Below are positions 56,043 through 64,000 of a stretch of DNA of 64,000 bases, in pieces (position 1 is the stretch's first letter; every line of letters starts with the position of its first letter). The translations under genes and the position numbers were made by a program. The notes beneath the pieces were generated by a model, which searched no databases, was not told where the DNA came from, and saw nothing but the letters and a program-made list of their open reading frames with translations. The stretch covers positions 171,710 to 235,709 of IMG/VR virus record IMGVR_UViG_3300037455_000372; one strand, 5' to 3'. This DNA is from a virus (lineage: Duplodnaviria; Heunggongvirae; Uroviricota; Caudoviricetes).

Positions 56043-57064
56043 ATTTCACCCTTGGCCTTGCGGATAGCGAGGCCAATCGCTTTTGCAAGGCGCGGCGGAA
56101 CGGCGTTTCCGATCTGAACCAGTTGCTTGCTTTTCGGTCCTTCGAAGATGAAATTGTCGGGGAATGATTGCAGACGAGCCATTTCCCTTGCGGTAAGTAC
56201 ACGCGGAAGCTTCGGGTGGAGGTTTACGCCGCCGTGATTTTCCTTGATGGTGCAAGATGCTTCATTCCAAGGACACTTCTTCCAAGCGTCACTGTAGCCG
56301 TCGTAGAGGCTCTTTCCTTCCGGTGTCATAGCGATGCGAGCCGCCATTTCCGGACTGTGCTTGGTCGGGACGTGGTTGAAGTCTGGATCGGGCTTGTGTC
56401 TCATAAGGTCGGCAATCGCTTGGCCGGTCGTAACGTACACGGACGGTTCCAGAATGGGCTTGGGGTGGAGGTTCGGCACTCCGATACGGTTCCCGATGAA
56501 GATTACGCGTTCGCGCTTCTGCGGTGTGTAGTATGCGGCTGCGTTCAATGTGGCGACGGTCATTTCGTAACCGATTTTCTTGTAGTCAGCTACGATCTTC
56601 TTGACCACTTCGCCGTCAAGCATACTCAAGATGCCTTTCACGTTTTCGCAAACGACGAACTCAGGCTGGAGGTTCTTGACGACTTCGAGCATTTCCTTGT
56701 ACAGAGAATTCCTTGGGTCGTCGGCGATACGCTTTCCGGCCAGACTGAACCCTTGACAAGGGAATCCGCCGACCACCAAGTTGAGCTTACGATTCTTGAG
56801 CTGTTTCTTGACGATCTCGTAGAACTCGTCCTTCTGCTCCGGAGTCGTGATGTCGCCGTTGACGAACGGATGCTTGAAGTTCCTCGCATAGGTCATACCG
56901 GCTTCCTTAGACCAGTCAAGGCCGCAGACGCCTTGCAGACCAGCCATTTCCAGACCCTTGCTCAAGCCACCGGCACCGCAGAACAAGTCCACGAAAGTCA
57001 TCGACGACGGTTTTGTTTTTCCCCAGACGGTCGATATGTCGACCCACTGTACTTCGTTTGCCAT
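56039..57064 (-). CDS. DNA (cytosine-5) methyltransferase, orphan
   Basis: DLFCGAGG, GGFPCQGFS, ENV, PQKRER, LTAREMARLQSFP, QIGNAVPP. Confidence 0.95.
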   Translation of the reverse strand: MANEVQWVDISTVWGKTKPSSMTFVDLFCGAGGLSKGLEMAGLQGVCGLDWSKEAGMTYARNFKHPFVNGDITTPEQKDEFYEIVKKQLKNRKLNLVVGGFPCQGFSLAGKRIADDPRNSLYKEMLEVVKNLQPEFVVCENVKGILSMLDGEVVKKIVADYKKIGYEMTVATLNAAAYYTPQKRERVIFIGNRIGVPNLHPKPILEPSVYVTTGQAIADLMRHKPDPDFNHVPTKHSPEMAARIAMTPEGKSLYDGYSDAWKKCPWNEASCTIKENHGGVNLHPKLPRVLTAREMARLQSFPDNFIFEGPKSKQLVQIGNAVPPRLAKAIGLAIRKAKGEI

Positions 57065-57097
57065 AAATATCCTCTTGTTTTGTCACAAATATAGCAT

Positions 57098-57133
57098 AAA
57101 GAAAAGCCGGGCGCAATGACCCGGCTTTCCTTT
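57098..57133 (-). terminator. Intrinsic terminator; an extended -10-like TGCTATATTTG lies just downstream at 57096-57086
   Basis: AAAGCCGGG/CCCGGCTTT stem with a T-run on the minus strand. Confidence 0.7.
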
Positions 57134-57148
57134 ATGATGACGAGAATT

Positions 57149-57496
57149 TTAGTGTTTGCCGCAGTTACAGCCTTTCTTGACCGTTCCGTAAGCCTTCCGG
57201 ACTACGCTGCTGACCTTGTAAACAGCCTTCAGCGCGGTCATCTTGTACTTTTCTGGAAGAACCCACATATAGTCCTTGACTGCTGGGAAATCCTTGACTA
57301 GAGCTTCAATCGCTTTGGCTCCGGAATACTTAACTCCGTCCGTGGCGAGGTATTCGAAGTCGGAGGCGTTCTGCTGGGCAGGGACGTATTCGACTTGGTC
57401 GCCGATTTTGCGTTCGACTAGACGGCGGTACTGAGAACAGATGGGGCATCCGTTGTCATAGAAAAACTTTGGTTTTGCCTTGATCTGTTCGCTCAT
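57149..57496 (-). CDS. DCC/DUF393-like thiol-disulfide oxidoreductase
   Basis: FFYDNGCPIC...YSGAKAI; TAATG-coupled to the upstream gene. Confidence 0.7.
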   Translation of the reverse strand: MSEQIKAKPKFFYDNGCPICSQYRRLVERKIGDQVEYVPAQQNASDFEYLATDGVKYSGAKAIEALVKDFPAVKDYMWVLPEKYKMTALKAVYKVSSVVRKAYGTVKKGCNCGKH

Positions 57497-58413
57497 TACC
57501 ACGCTCCGAAGCTAACCTTGCCAGCACACTGGCTAGTCTCAACATTTCCGTTACGGTCAAGCGTAGTTACTTTCGGCGAAGCGAAGGTGTACGACTGGTC
57601 GCCGAAAATATCCTTCATACGCTCGATCACGGCCTCTTGGTCGCAGAACTCACCGGGCTTGCAGTCATCTGCGCCTTCGAGTTTCTTGTCTTGGAGCATA
57701 TCGTTGGTCTTGTCAACGATTTCCTTCTGCTTGTCTTCGTCGACGGAACCGTCGGTAAGGCTTTCGCACTTTGCGTCATTGAATGCCATAACATTCATAA
57801 TGTCGTTCAGCGAAATGCCCGGAATCGGTTCGATTTCGTCTTGGTTGAAGGAAAATTCCGGCCAGCAACCGTCGTTGCCTTCACAATATTCGTCCATATC
57901 GTTCGTCGGCTTTGCGGTTGTGATAACCGGACCGTCGGAACTCTTGATGATAAGGATTACCGGCTTCTTGCAGCATTTGGTGGTCACGTAGTCGCCCGGA
58001 TGGAACTGGTGTTCGCAGTCGGGGTCGCCGTCCACGCAGCATTCGAGAGCCTTCTTGAGGGAACCGATGCCACCAATCTTTGCACCGAGACCCTTGCCGA
58101 AGATGCCTTCGAGGTCGCTGTCGGTCAGTTCTTGGTCGGGCTTCTGTTCGAAGATGGGTCGCTTGGACTTGACCTTGTCGGAAGTCAAGTTTCCAGAACT
58201 TCCACCAACGGACTTGGTGTCAGCCGCGCCGTCCACTTTGATGACCTTTACTTTACCGTCATCCTTTTCGAACGGTCGATTATCCATCTCACCGTCAATA
58301 ATCATCGCACCGTGGTCGGTGTCGTCAGCCTCTTCCTTTTCCTTGGTGAGGTCGATTGCTTCCAAGGCCACGGCCTGTGTAAGTTGCTTCAAATCGTCAA
58401 GTTCGCTGAACAT
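57496..58413 (-). CDS. Acidic, Cys-rich late protein
   Basis: 305 aa with 11 Cys; ALEAI motif; late motif at 58441-58448. Confidence 0.7.
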   Translation of the reverse strand: MFSELDDLKQLTQAVALEAIDLTKEKEEADDTDHGAMIIDGEMDNRPFEKDDGKVKVIKVDGAADTKSVGGSSGNLTSDKVKSKRPIFEQKPDQELTDSDLEGIFGKGLGAKIGGIGSLKKALECCVDGDPDCEHQFHPGDYVTTKCCKKPVILIIKSSDGPVITTAKPTNDMDEYCEGNDGCWPEFSFNQDEIEPIPGISLNDIMNVMAFNDAKCESLTDGSVDEDKQKEIVDKTNDMLQDKKLEGADDCKPGEFCDQEAVIERMKDIFGDQSYTFASPKVTTLDRNGNVETSQCAGKVSFGAW

Positions 58414-58443
58414 CGGTCAATCCTATGGTTGCTTATTCGCAGT

Positions 58444-60126
58444 TTATACGCTCGCCATTTGGTTCGGCGTCCCGATTTTTGGCATATTGTACGCCTTTGC
58501 TTGTTCGTACTGGAGCTGTCCGACCGCCGCTTGTTCATCTACCGCGTCTTGGTCTTGTACGAACTCGATGGCCTTGTCCTCCTCGGACTCGTGACCCGGC
58601 ATAGAAGCGAACATAAGCTCAAGTCCGCTGAGGAACGGAATCTCGACCTGATTGCCTTGGAACCAGTTGGATGCAGCGTGATATACGGCCCAGTACAACG
58701 AGGTAACGTGGTCGTCGTGGTTTCCGCCGCCACCTCCCCAGTGCTTCTTTGTAACTTCAGTAAACGACATCAATTCTGTGATGGTAAGTTCATCGTGCAA
58801 TTTTACATAAAATCGTTGTACATAGAGCTTTAATAGCATAACCGCACTTTGTTTAATACTATCTGTCGCCCACATTCCACGGAATTTGTTGTCGTAGTTT
58901 ACGAGGTTCTCGTATTCCAAGTTTTGTTGGAATATGTAGTACGTTCGAGATCCCGGACCGTTGAATTCGATTGTCAAATCTGGGTCGTAGTAACCCTTGA
59001 GCAACTTTCTGGCCAATATACAGAAATCTTCAATAGTAACTTCGTTAGACGACAATACGCATACTTGTTCCAAGTCGGTACTGCTTCTAGCTAATAGAAT
59101 CTGAAGAACGTGATAATCTTGTCGGATACCATAACCAGAGTCAATCGCTGCGATATAGACCCAACCGTTCATTTCTAGTTTCTGCTTTGAAAGCGGTGTC
59201 TGGAAGATTCGTAGGTTATACGCTGACGGCAATCCTCTAATGGGTTTCGGCTTCGATGGGTGAAGTTTCTGCAGAATGGTAAAGTCGATAAGCGTCACCG
59301 CAGATCCGATGAAGTCGCACTCGTATTCTTGTCTGAACTTCTGTTCACCGATACGAGCCTTTTCATCGATACCCCATTGTGCGTCACGACCCGGAACCTC
59401 GTTCCATTTAACCGTAGAACGCACATATTTTGACATCAAATCGTGATAGGAAGCTTTATCTTCATCAACAGCATCTTCCCACATTTGATAGAATTTATTA
59501 AGGCCGCATGGTGTGCTGGTAATTATCACACGAGTTTTCTTACCGGACGAAATGGCTGGAAACACGGATGCACAGAATTCTTCTGCCATACCAGTACGCA
59601 AGAACGCAAATTCGTCCAAATACAGCAAGTTTGGCGAGAAACCACGAATACCGTCCGGAGAACTGGCCGCCACAAGGATACGAGTGTTGTTCGAGAACTG
59701 TATCGACATCTTGTTCCAGAGCTTCACACCGGGCTGTAACCAGTAAGGCAACGCCACATAGGAATCGCGCAGAAGCTGCAGCTGTTCCTTCGCGAGCGAA
59801 AGTTTGTTTGCAAGCATAGCGACTAGCTGGTCGCCGTGGAACATCGCGTGCCAAAGGATGAACCCTCGAACGATTGTTGATTTACCGACTTGTCGTGACC
59901 AACGGTTAATGTTGAATCGATACTTCAAGAATCGCTTGATTGCTTCGTCTTGGAAAGGCCAAGTCTTAAAGAGCTGCATACCGTTGTCTTTGGTATTGAT
60001 ATACATATACGTGTTGATAAAGTACAACGGGTCCTGAGCACACTTCTTTATTTCAGCGAGGTGTTCGGGTTTCAGCTTAACCCTTTCTTTAGCGTCTCTC
60101 AGGTTTGTAATACCGTTAAATGACAT
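58444..60126 (-). CDS. gp17: Terminase large subunit, gp17-like
   Basis: KCAQDPLYF, RQVGKST, YLDEFAF, ITSTPCG, QEYECDF, AIDSG, HDDHV; late motif at 60161-60168. Confidence 0.95.
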   Translation of the reverse strand: MSFNGITNLRDAKERVKLKPEHLAEIKKCAQDPLYFINTYMYINTKDNGMQLFKTWPFQDEAIKRFLKYRFNINRWSRQVGKSTIVRGFILWHAMFHGDQLVAMLANKLSLAKEQLQLLRDSYVALPYWLQPGVKLWNKMSIQFSNNTRILVAASSPDGIRGFSPNLLYLDEFAFLRTGMAEEFCASVFPAISSGKKTRVIITSTPCGLNKFYQMWEDAVDEDKASYHDLMSKYVRSTVKWNEVPGRDAQWGIDEKARIGEQKFRQEYECDFIGSAVTLIDFTILQKLHPSKPKPIRGLPSAYNLRIFQTPLSKQKLEMNGWVYIAAIDSGYGIRQDYHVLQILLARSSTDLEQVCVLSSNEVTIEDFCILARKLLKGYYDPDLTIEFNGPGSRTYYIFQQNLEYENLVNYDNKFRGMWATDSIKQSAVMLLKLYVQRFYVKLHDELTITELMSFTEVTKKHWGGGGGNHDDHVTSLYWAVYHAASNWFQGNQVEIPFLSGLELMFASMPGHESEEDKAIEFVQDQDAVDEQAAVGQLQYEQAKAYNMPKIGTPNQMASV

Positions 60127-60182
60127 TCAAATCTCTTTTTTGTATAATTGCCAACTAAGTAGTTTATAAAACGGCGGATCTA

Positions 60183-61250
60183 ATGAAATTTTGCGTTTTA
60201 ATGGCATTTTATGACAAAGGCAACAAGTTTCGCGAACGTAATTTAAGCGAAGTGGTCGACAAATACTTGACAACTGACGACTTTGATGTTATAATCGCTG
60301 AACAATATCCACAAGGATTTGCCGAGACGATTTCCAAGATGAATCCGGATAGGGTAAAGTTCGTTCCGTGCAACGAAATGAAAGGAGACCCGGAGAAGAA
60401 GGGACGGTTCTGCAAAACCGAACTGCTCAATGCCGCAGTGAAAGCATATCCTGATTATGAGTATTACGTGATGGGTGATGCTGATGCGTACCTCTCGGAC
60501 GAGTGTTTCAGCTCGTTGCGAGAGGCCGCTTCTCGCCTAGACTCTGGCGAAGCTTCGATTGTATTTCCGTTTGACGACGTTCTGTACTTGAACGAGCCTG
60601 ACACGAAACGCATCGTCTCTGGAGAAGAGCTTCTGCCCGGTACGAAGGATCACGGAGCCGAGATTTTCCGTCAAACCGGACTTTGCAACATCTTCAAGAA
60701 GTCTACTTGGGACACGGTCGGCGGTTTCGACGAGGCTTTCACTAACTGGGGAGCCGAGGACGACGCCTTCTTGACCAAGTGCAAGCGTCTGGTAGGCCAT
60801 AGCCTTAGACTTTCTGGAATCATCTACCATCTGTTCCATCCGAAGGTCGATACAGAATCGTACCGAGAATCCAAGGACTACGTGGATAACAGAAAGCGTT
60901 GCGCTTGCTTGCGCCGTATGTCGAGCGACGACTTGAAGCAGTATTGCGCTGGAAATAAGAATCTGGCCGATCTGGTGGAGAAGTACGACGCTTTGGGACG
61001 GCTTTCAATCCGTCTGCGTTGGCAGTGTACGCCTTTGTGCCTTCTTACCGTGGACACGACCATCTACGATATCGATAACGAAGGCGATATGTCGTTCACC
61101 AAGTTGCTTGACGCGGTCGCCGCTGAGGATGGCGCGTGGTACATCCCGACTTTCGTCAAGACCGCGCTAGGTGGTCTTGAAGGGATTCCGGGTCTTAGCG
61201 ACGAACAGAAACAAGAACTGAAGGACTATCTGAAAAAATGCAATTCGTAA
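60183..61250 (+). CDS. Glycosyltransferase, GT2/GT7-like, catalytic motifs intact
   Basis: RERNL, IIAEQ, FCKTELLN, GDAD, GGFDEAFTNWGAEDD, HLFHP. Confidence 0.88.
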   Translation: MKFCVLMAFYDKGNKFRERNLSEVVDKYLTTDDFDVIIAEQYPQGFAETISKMNPDRVKFVPCNEMKGDPEKKGRFCKTELLNAAVKAYPDYEYYVMGDADAYLSDECFSSLREAASRLDSGEASIVFPFDDVLYLNEPDTKRIVSGEELLPGTKDHGAEIFRQTGLCNIFKKSTWDTVGGFDEAFTNWGAEDDAFLTKCKRLVGHSLRLSGIIYHLFHPKVDTESYRESKDYVDNRKRCACLRRMSSDDLKQYCAGNKNLADLVEKYDALGRLSIRLRWQCTPLCLLTVDTTIYDIDNEGDMSFTKLLDAVAAEDGAWYIPTFVKTALGGLEGIPGLSDEQKQELKDYLKKCNS

Positions 61251-61933
61251 AGGATATCGGAACCGAGGACGGTTTTTCGAAGTACAACCGACTTGCTAGA
61301 GACGTTGCAGCCGTGTGTCGAGACACACGGTTCTCTTGTCACGAGAACCCCGATGTCGCCGTGTGGCAGCTTGGGGACGGAATGGCAATCGCCGACCGCT
61401 TCTTCAAGAAGCCAATCGTCCTCGTACACGACTGGTACGCCCATTACGAGCAGTACCTAGATTTGGCTGGCAAGATTGTCTTCTTGGGCAATTTCGACCA
61501 CCCAAGGTACCCGCGGTCGTTTACTCTGTCGAGCTTCCCGTACGATGCCGAGAAAAGGCTTCCTAGCGACGGCATAGACGTGCTTGTGGAAGGCGTTTTT
61601 GACGGCTCCTCTATGGACTGGGTGCTCGAACGGTGCGAAGGAAAGCGTGTCCGTATGGCGTGTTTCTCCAACGATGACCCGGATTGCGACGATGCCCAGA
61701 CCGAGCTTGAAAAGCGTCTTGGGGAGGTTTCCAAGTACCTAGAGGTCAAGCGGAGGGTCTATGAGCTGGTTCTGACCACCTATATCCGTTCGGCACCCCT
61801 GACTCTCCATTGCGGGTCCGGAAATAGGGGTTTTTTGCACTGTGTGACCGTGTCATACAATGGACAGACACAAAAACGTGACGACAATTACACTGTTTCA
61901 ACATTAAACGATTTGCTCAGGGTATTGCGCTAG
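61238..61933 (+). CDS. Hypothetical protein, possibly a degenerate GT-B-like partner
   Basis: Overlaps the GT gene; KKPIVLVHDW resembles a GT4 N-domain motif. Confidence 0.55.
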   Translation: MQFVKDIGTEDGFSKYNRLARDVAAVCRDTRFSCHENPDVAVWQLGDGMAIADRFFKKPIVLVHDWYAHYEQYLDLAGKIVFLGNFDHPRYPRSFTLSSFPYDAEKRLPSDGIDVLVEGVFDGSSMDWVLERCEGKRVRMACFSNDDPDCDDAQTELEKRLGEVSKYLEVKRRVYELVLTTYIRSAPLTLHCGSGNRGFLHCVTVSYNGQTQKRDDNYTVSTLNDLLRVLR

Positions 61934-61977
61934 GCATAGTAAAATGCTATAATTTTCTTGTTTTTTGAGGAATTTAG

Positions 61978-62163
61978 ATGAAAAACATACATTCTACGAT
62001 TATTTATTGGAGTAAGGTGGTACTGTTTTCGGTATTCATCTGCAACGTACTCCGCGTTTGCATCCGCACTTGGAAATATGGCGGATCAAAGACTAAGGTG
62101 GATGTCAGCTATGACGGCGACGAAGAATTGAACCCGATGGATGACAGCATAGGTGGTGTATAA
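61978..62163 (+). CDS. Small membrane protein
   Basis: 61 aa with a hydrophobic stretch; SD GAGGA; TGCTATAAT extended -10 upstream. Confidence 0.55.
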   Translation: MKNIHSTIIYWSKVVLFSVFICNVLRVCIRTWKYGGSKTKVDVSYDGDEELNPMDDSIGGV

Positions 62164-63806
62164 TGGCAAATAGTAATGAGTATGTGGAAGAGCCGCAAGA
62201 AGGCGGCAATGTCGGTTCCAAGATTATCAGGAACCTTGGCGATATGCTCTTGCATATCAGCATCGATACGGATATGTGGGTCGGTCGTTCGGCGAAGGAA
62301 AAGTTCCGCTATCTGAAGAACCAGCTCAACGGCGTTAACGGTTCGAAAATCTTAAATGTCGGCTCGCAGCTTCTCGAAAGTATTATCGTTACGGCAAAGG
62401 CGTCTACCAACAATCCGATCATCCGGAAGTATGCTGACTTGGCGGAGACCGCTTTGAATTTGGGAAAGGCAAGTATGGTTATCAATAACTTGTTTGTTGC
62501 CCAGAAGTACGAAGTGCATACTGATTACGACGAACTGGCCAAGTTTATGGGCTACAAGAATGGACGCTCGATTCACGTAAGCCAGATTGACGCTACCGCC
62601 GATATCTGCAAGGCTCTTGTCGAGATGACCAAGGACCAGCAAGAAAAGTGCGGCTTGAAAATCAACAAGATGTTTACTCCCAAGAACGATACGCCGAGCA
62701 CCAGTAATTCTCGGCTGGTTTGTACCTATATCTTGGCGAAATACAAGAACACCTCCATTGGCTTTGAAGTCAACTATATGCAGCACAAGAGCGCGAATAT
62801 GGACGCTACCGCCAATTCGCAGTTCAGCTACATCAACATCGGCGTGTTCAATGGCGACCTCTTTAACAATTCCGAAGTTGACGACGAACCAGACGATCTT
62901 GATATCTTGAGCGAAGTGGAGAACATCATCTACTCGAACTATATCAAGACTATCGATATCTCGAAGCACATCATCAAGATTGACGGCACGACTATCCATA
63001 CGGCTCGCCGCGAGAACATCAATTTCGATATCAAGAATATCGACTTGAACACTATGGCGAAGACTTGTCGTTCCGTTCTGAACGCTCACCGTCGCCGTGG
63101 CTATATCTTGCAGGGCGACCCCGGTACTGGCAAGACCGTGTCTATTCACAAGCTCATTATGCAGTTCACCGACACGCCGGTATTCTGGATTTCGTCTGAC
63201 GCGATTAGCGATACGAAGAAGATGCGCTCCGTGTTCCGCATTCTGAATATGTTCCCCGGTTCCATCTTCGTGTTCGACGATATCGACGGTAACGATTTCA
63301 GCGGTAAGACCAACTTGACCACGACCTTCATTACTTGTATCGACGAAACCAACTCGAAGAAGTTCAGCGGTATCATCATTATGACCATCAACGAGCCGCA
63401 GAGAGTCCACGCGACAATCAAGACTCGTAACGGTCGTATCGACGAGGTTATTCACGTCCATAACCCCAGCACGGTTGAACAGGTGTTCGATGTTATTACA
63501 CAGCGTTATATCCATCTTGGTGTTGAAAAACCGGATTGGATGAGGATGGAAAACAAGGAATTCGTCGATGGTATGGAAAGAATCGTGAAATCGAACTTCA
63601 CTCACGCACACGTCGCCGGTATTATCAGCGACTTGGTAGACTTGTTCGACAAGGACGACTGTAACTGTGCTGCGTTCAATTCTTTGATTGACCGTCGTAT
63701 CGAAAGTATCAAGAACGCATCTATGGTGGCTGACGCCTCCGGACATATCGAATCGGCTGGCCCGACTATGAGTGTCCACGTTTCGTCGACCAACGTCACC
63801 CACTAG
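62163..63806 (+). CDS. AAA+ ATPase (BCS1/FtsH-like clade)
   Basis: RRGYILQGDPGTGKT, FVFDDID, MTIN, RNGRID. Confidence 0.85.
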   Translation: MANSNEYVEEPQEGGNVGSKIIRNLGDMLLHISIDTDMWVGRSAKEKFRYLKNQLNGVNGSKILNVGSQLLESIIVTAKASTNNPIIRKYADLAETALNLGKASMVINNLFVAQKYEVHTDYDELAKFMGYKNGRSIHVSQIDATADICKALVEMTKDQQEKCGLKINKMFTPKNDTPSTSNSRLVCTYILAKYKNTSIGFEVNYMQHKSANMDATANSQFSYINIGVFNGDLFNNSEVDDEPDDLDILSEVENIIYSNYIKTIDISKHIIKIDGTTIHTARRENINFDIKNIDLNTMAKTCRSVLNAHRRRGYILQGDPGTGKTVSIHKLIMQFTDTPVFWISSDAISDTKKMRSVFRILNMFPGSIFVFDDIDGNDFSGKTNLTTTFITCIDETNSKKFSGIIIMTINEPQRVHATIKTRNGRIDEVIHVHNPSTVEQVFDVITQRYIHLGVEKPDWMRMENKEFVDGMERIVKSNFTHAHVAGIISDLVDLFDKDDCNCAAFNSLIDRRIESIKNASMVADASGHIESAGPTMSVHVSSTNVTH

Positions 63807-63850
63807 ATATAGATACATATCAACAACTTATCAACAATATGTTGTAGAAG

Positions 63851-63873
63851 AGGCCGGGTAAACCGGCCTTTTT
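63851..63873 (+). terminator. Intrinsic terminator
   Basis: AGGCCGG/CCGGCCT stem followed by TTTT. Confidence 0.8.
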
Positions 63874-63876
63874 GGT

Positions 63877-63905
63877 TTGCAATTCAACCTTAACATTGCT
63901 AAACT
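63877..63905 (+). promoter_or_regulatory. Promoter TTGCAA-N17-TAAACT for a downstream unit outside the window
   Basis: Recurrent class. Confidence 0.65.
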
Positions 63906-64000
63906 ACCGATTACCCAAAAGAGATAATTTAACCGCTGAAGAAGCAAAAGAGATGCTATGCTAATTTCTGTAATTAAGCGAGACTACCGCAAAAGACCAT

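Noticed and set aside
56039-57064. Complete restriction-modification system
   Set aside because: No endonuclease motif recognised in neighbouring genes; treated as an orphan methyltransferase of unknown specificity
1-64000. Stop-codon reassignment, as in some large phages
   Set aside because: Core genes are full length in code 11, and TAA, TAG and TGA all end genes at sensible positions
63810-64000. tRNA or ncRNA at the window end
   Set aside because: Only a terminator and a promoter are visible; no cloverleaf, and the sequence is truncated
1-64000. Host assignment (codon style and IF-1 ends reminded me of Fibrobacter-like bacteria)
   Set aside because: Impression only; needs CRISPR spacer matches or IF-1/sigma phylogeny

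Overview
This 64-kb window is a segment of a large lytic myovirus genome with a divergent T4-like core, about 50% GC, read in the standard code. All product calls are by-eye motif recognition; no database search was run. Replication and recombination genes: UvsX, gp41 helicase, gp32 SSB, gp61 primase, gp45 clamp, family-B polymerase, gp44/62 clamp loader, UvsY and gp47. Virion genes: a gp25-domain protein, a very long tail sheath, tail tube, a gp26/51/29/48/53/27/5-like baseplate block, gp4, gp3, and large and probable small terminase subunits. Host-like extras: translation initiation factor IF-1, a sigma70-family factor, an Hsp20 domain protein, a C5 DNA methyltransferase, two CxxC oxidoreductases, an AAA ATPase and a probable second, bacterial-type beta clamp. 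Three promoter-like motifs recur between genes: TTGCAA-N17-TAnnnT ahead of replication genes, (T)ATAAACT ahead of virion genes, and an AATGTAaTAaTTTA class. The most unusual observations are (1) a dispersed set of apparently catalytically degenerate sugar-enzyme folds, including an HTH-array/GT-A fusion coupled to primase, alongside one intact glycosyltransferase; (2) two clamp types; (3) a late-expressed variant IF-1 together with probably leaderless late mRNAs; (4) hairpins that occlude ribosome-binding sites and contain a promoter; (5) a candidate +1/-2 frameshift in the tail chaperone; (6) a shared candidate capsid-targeting peptide motif; and (7) near-absence of CATG and CCWGG. I saw no tRNA, rRNA, CRISPR array, intron or intein.
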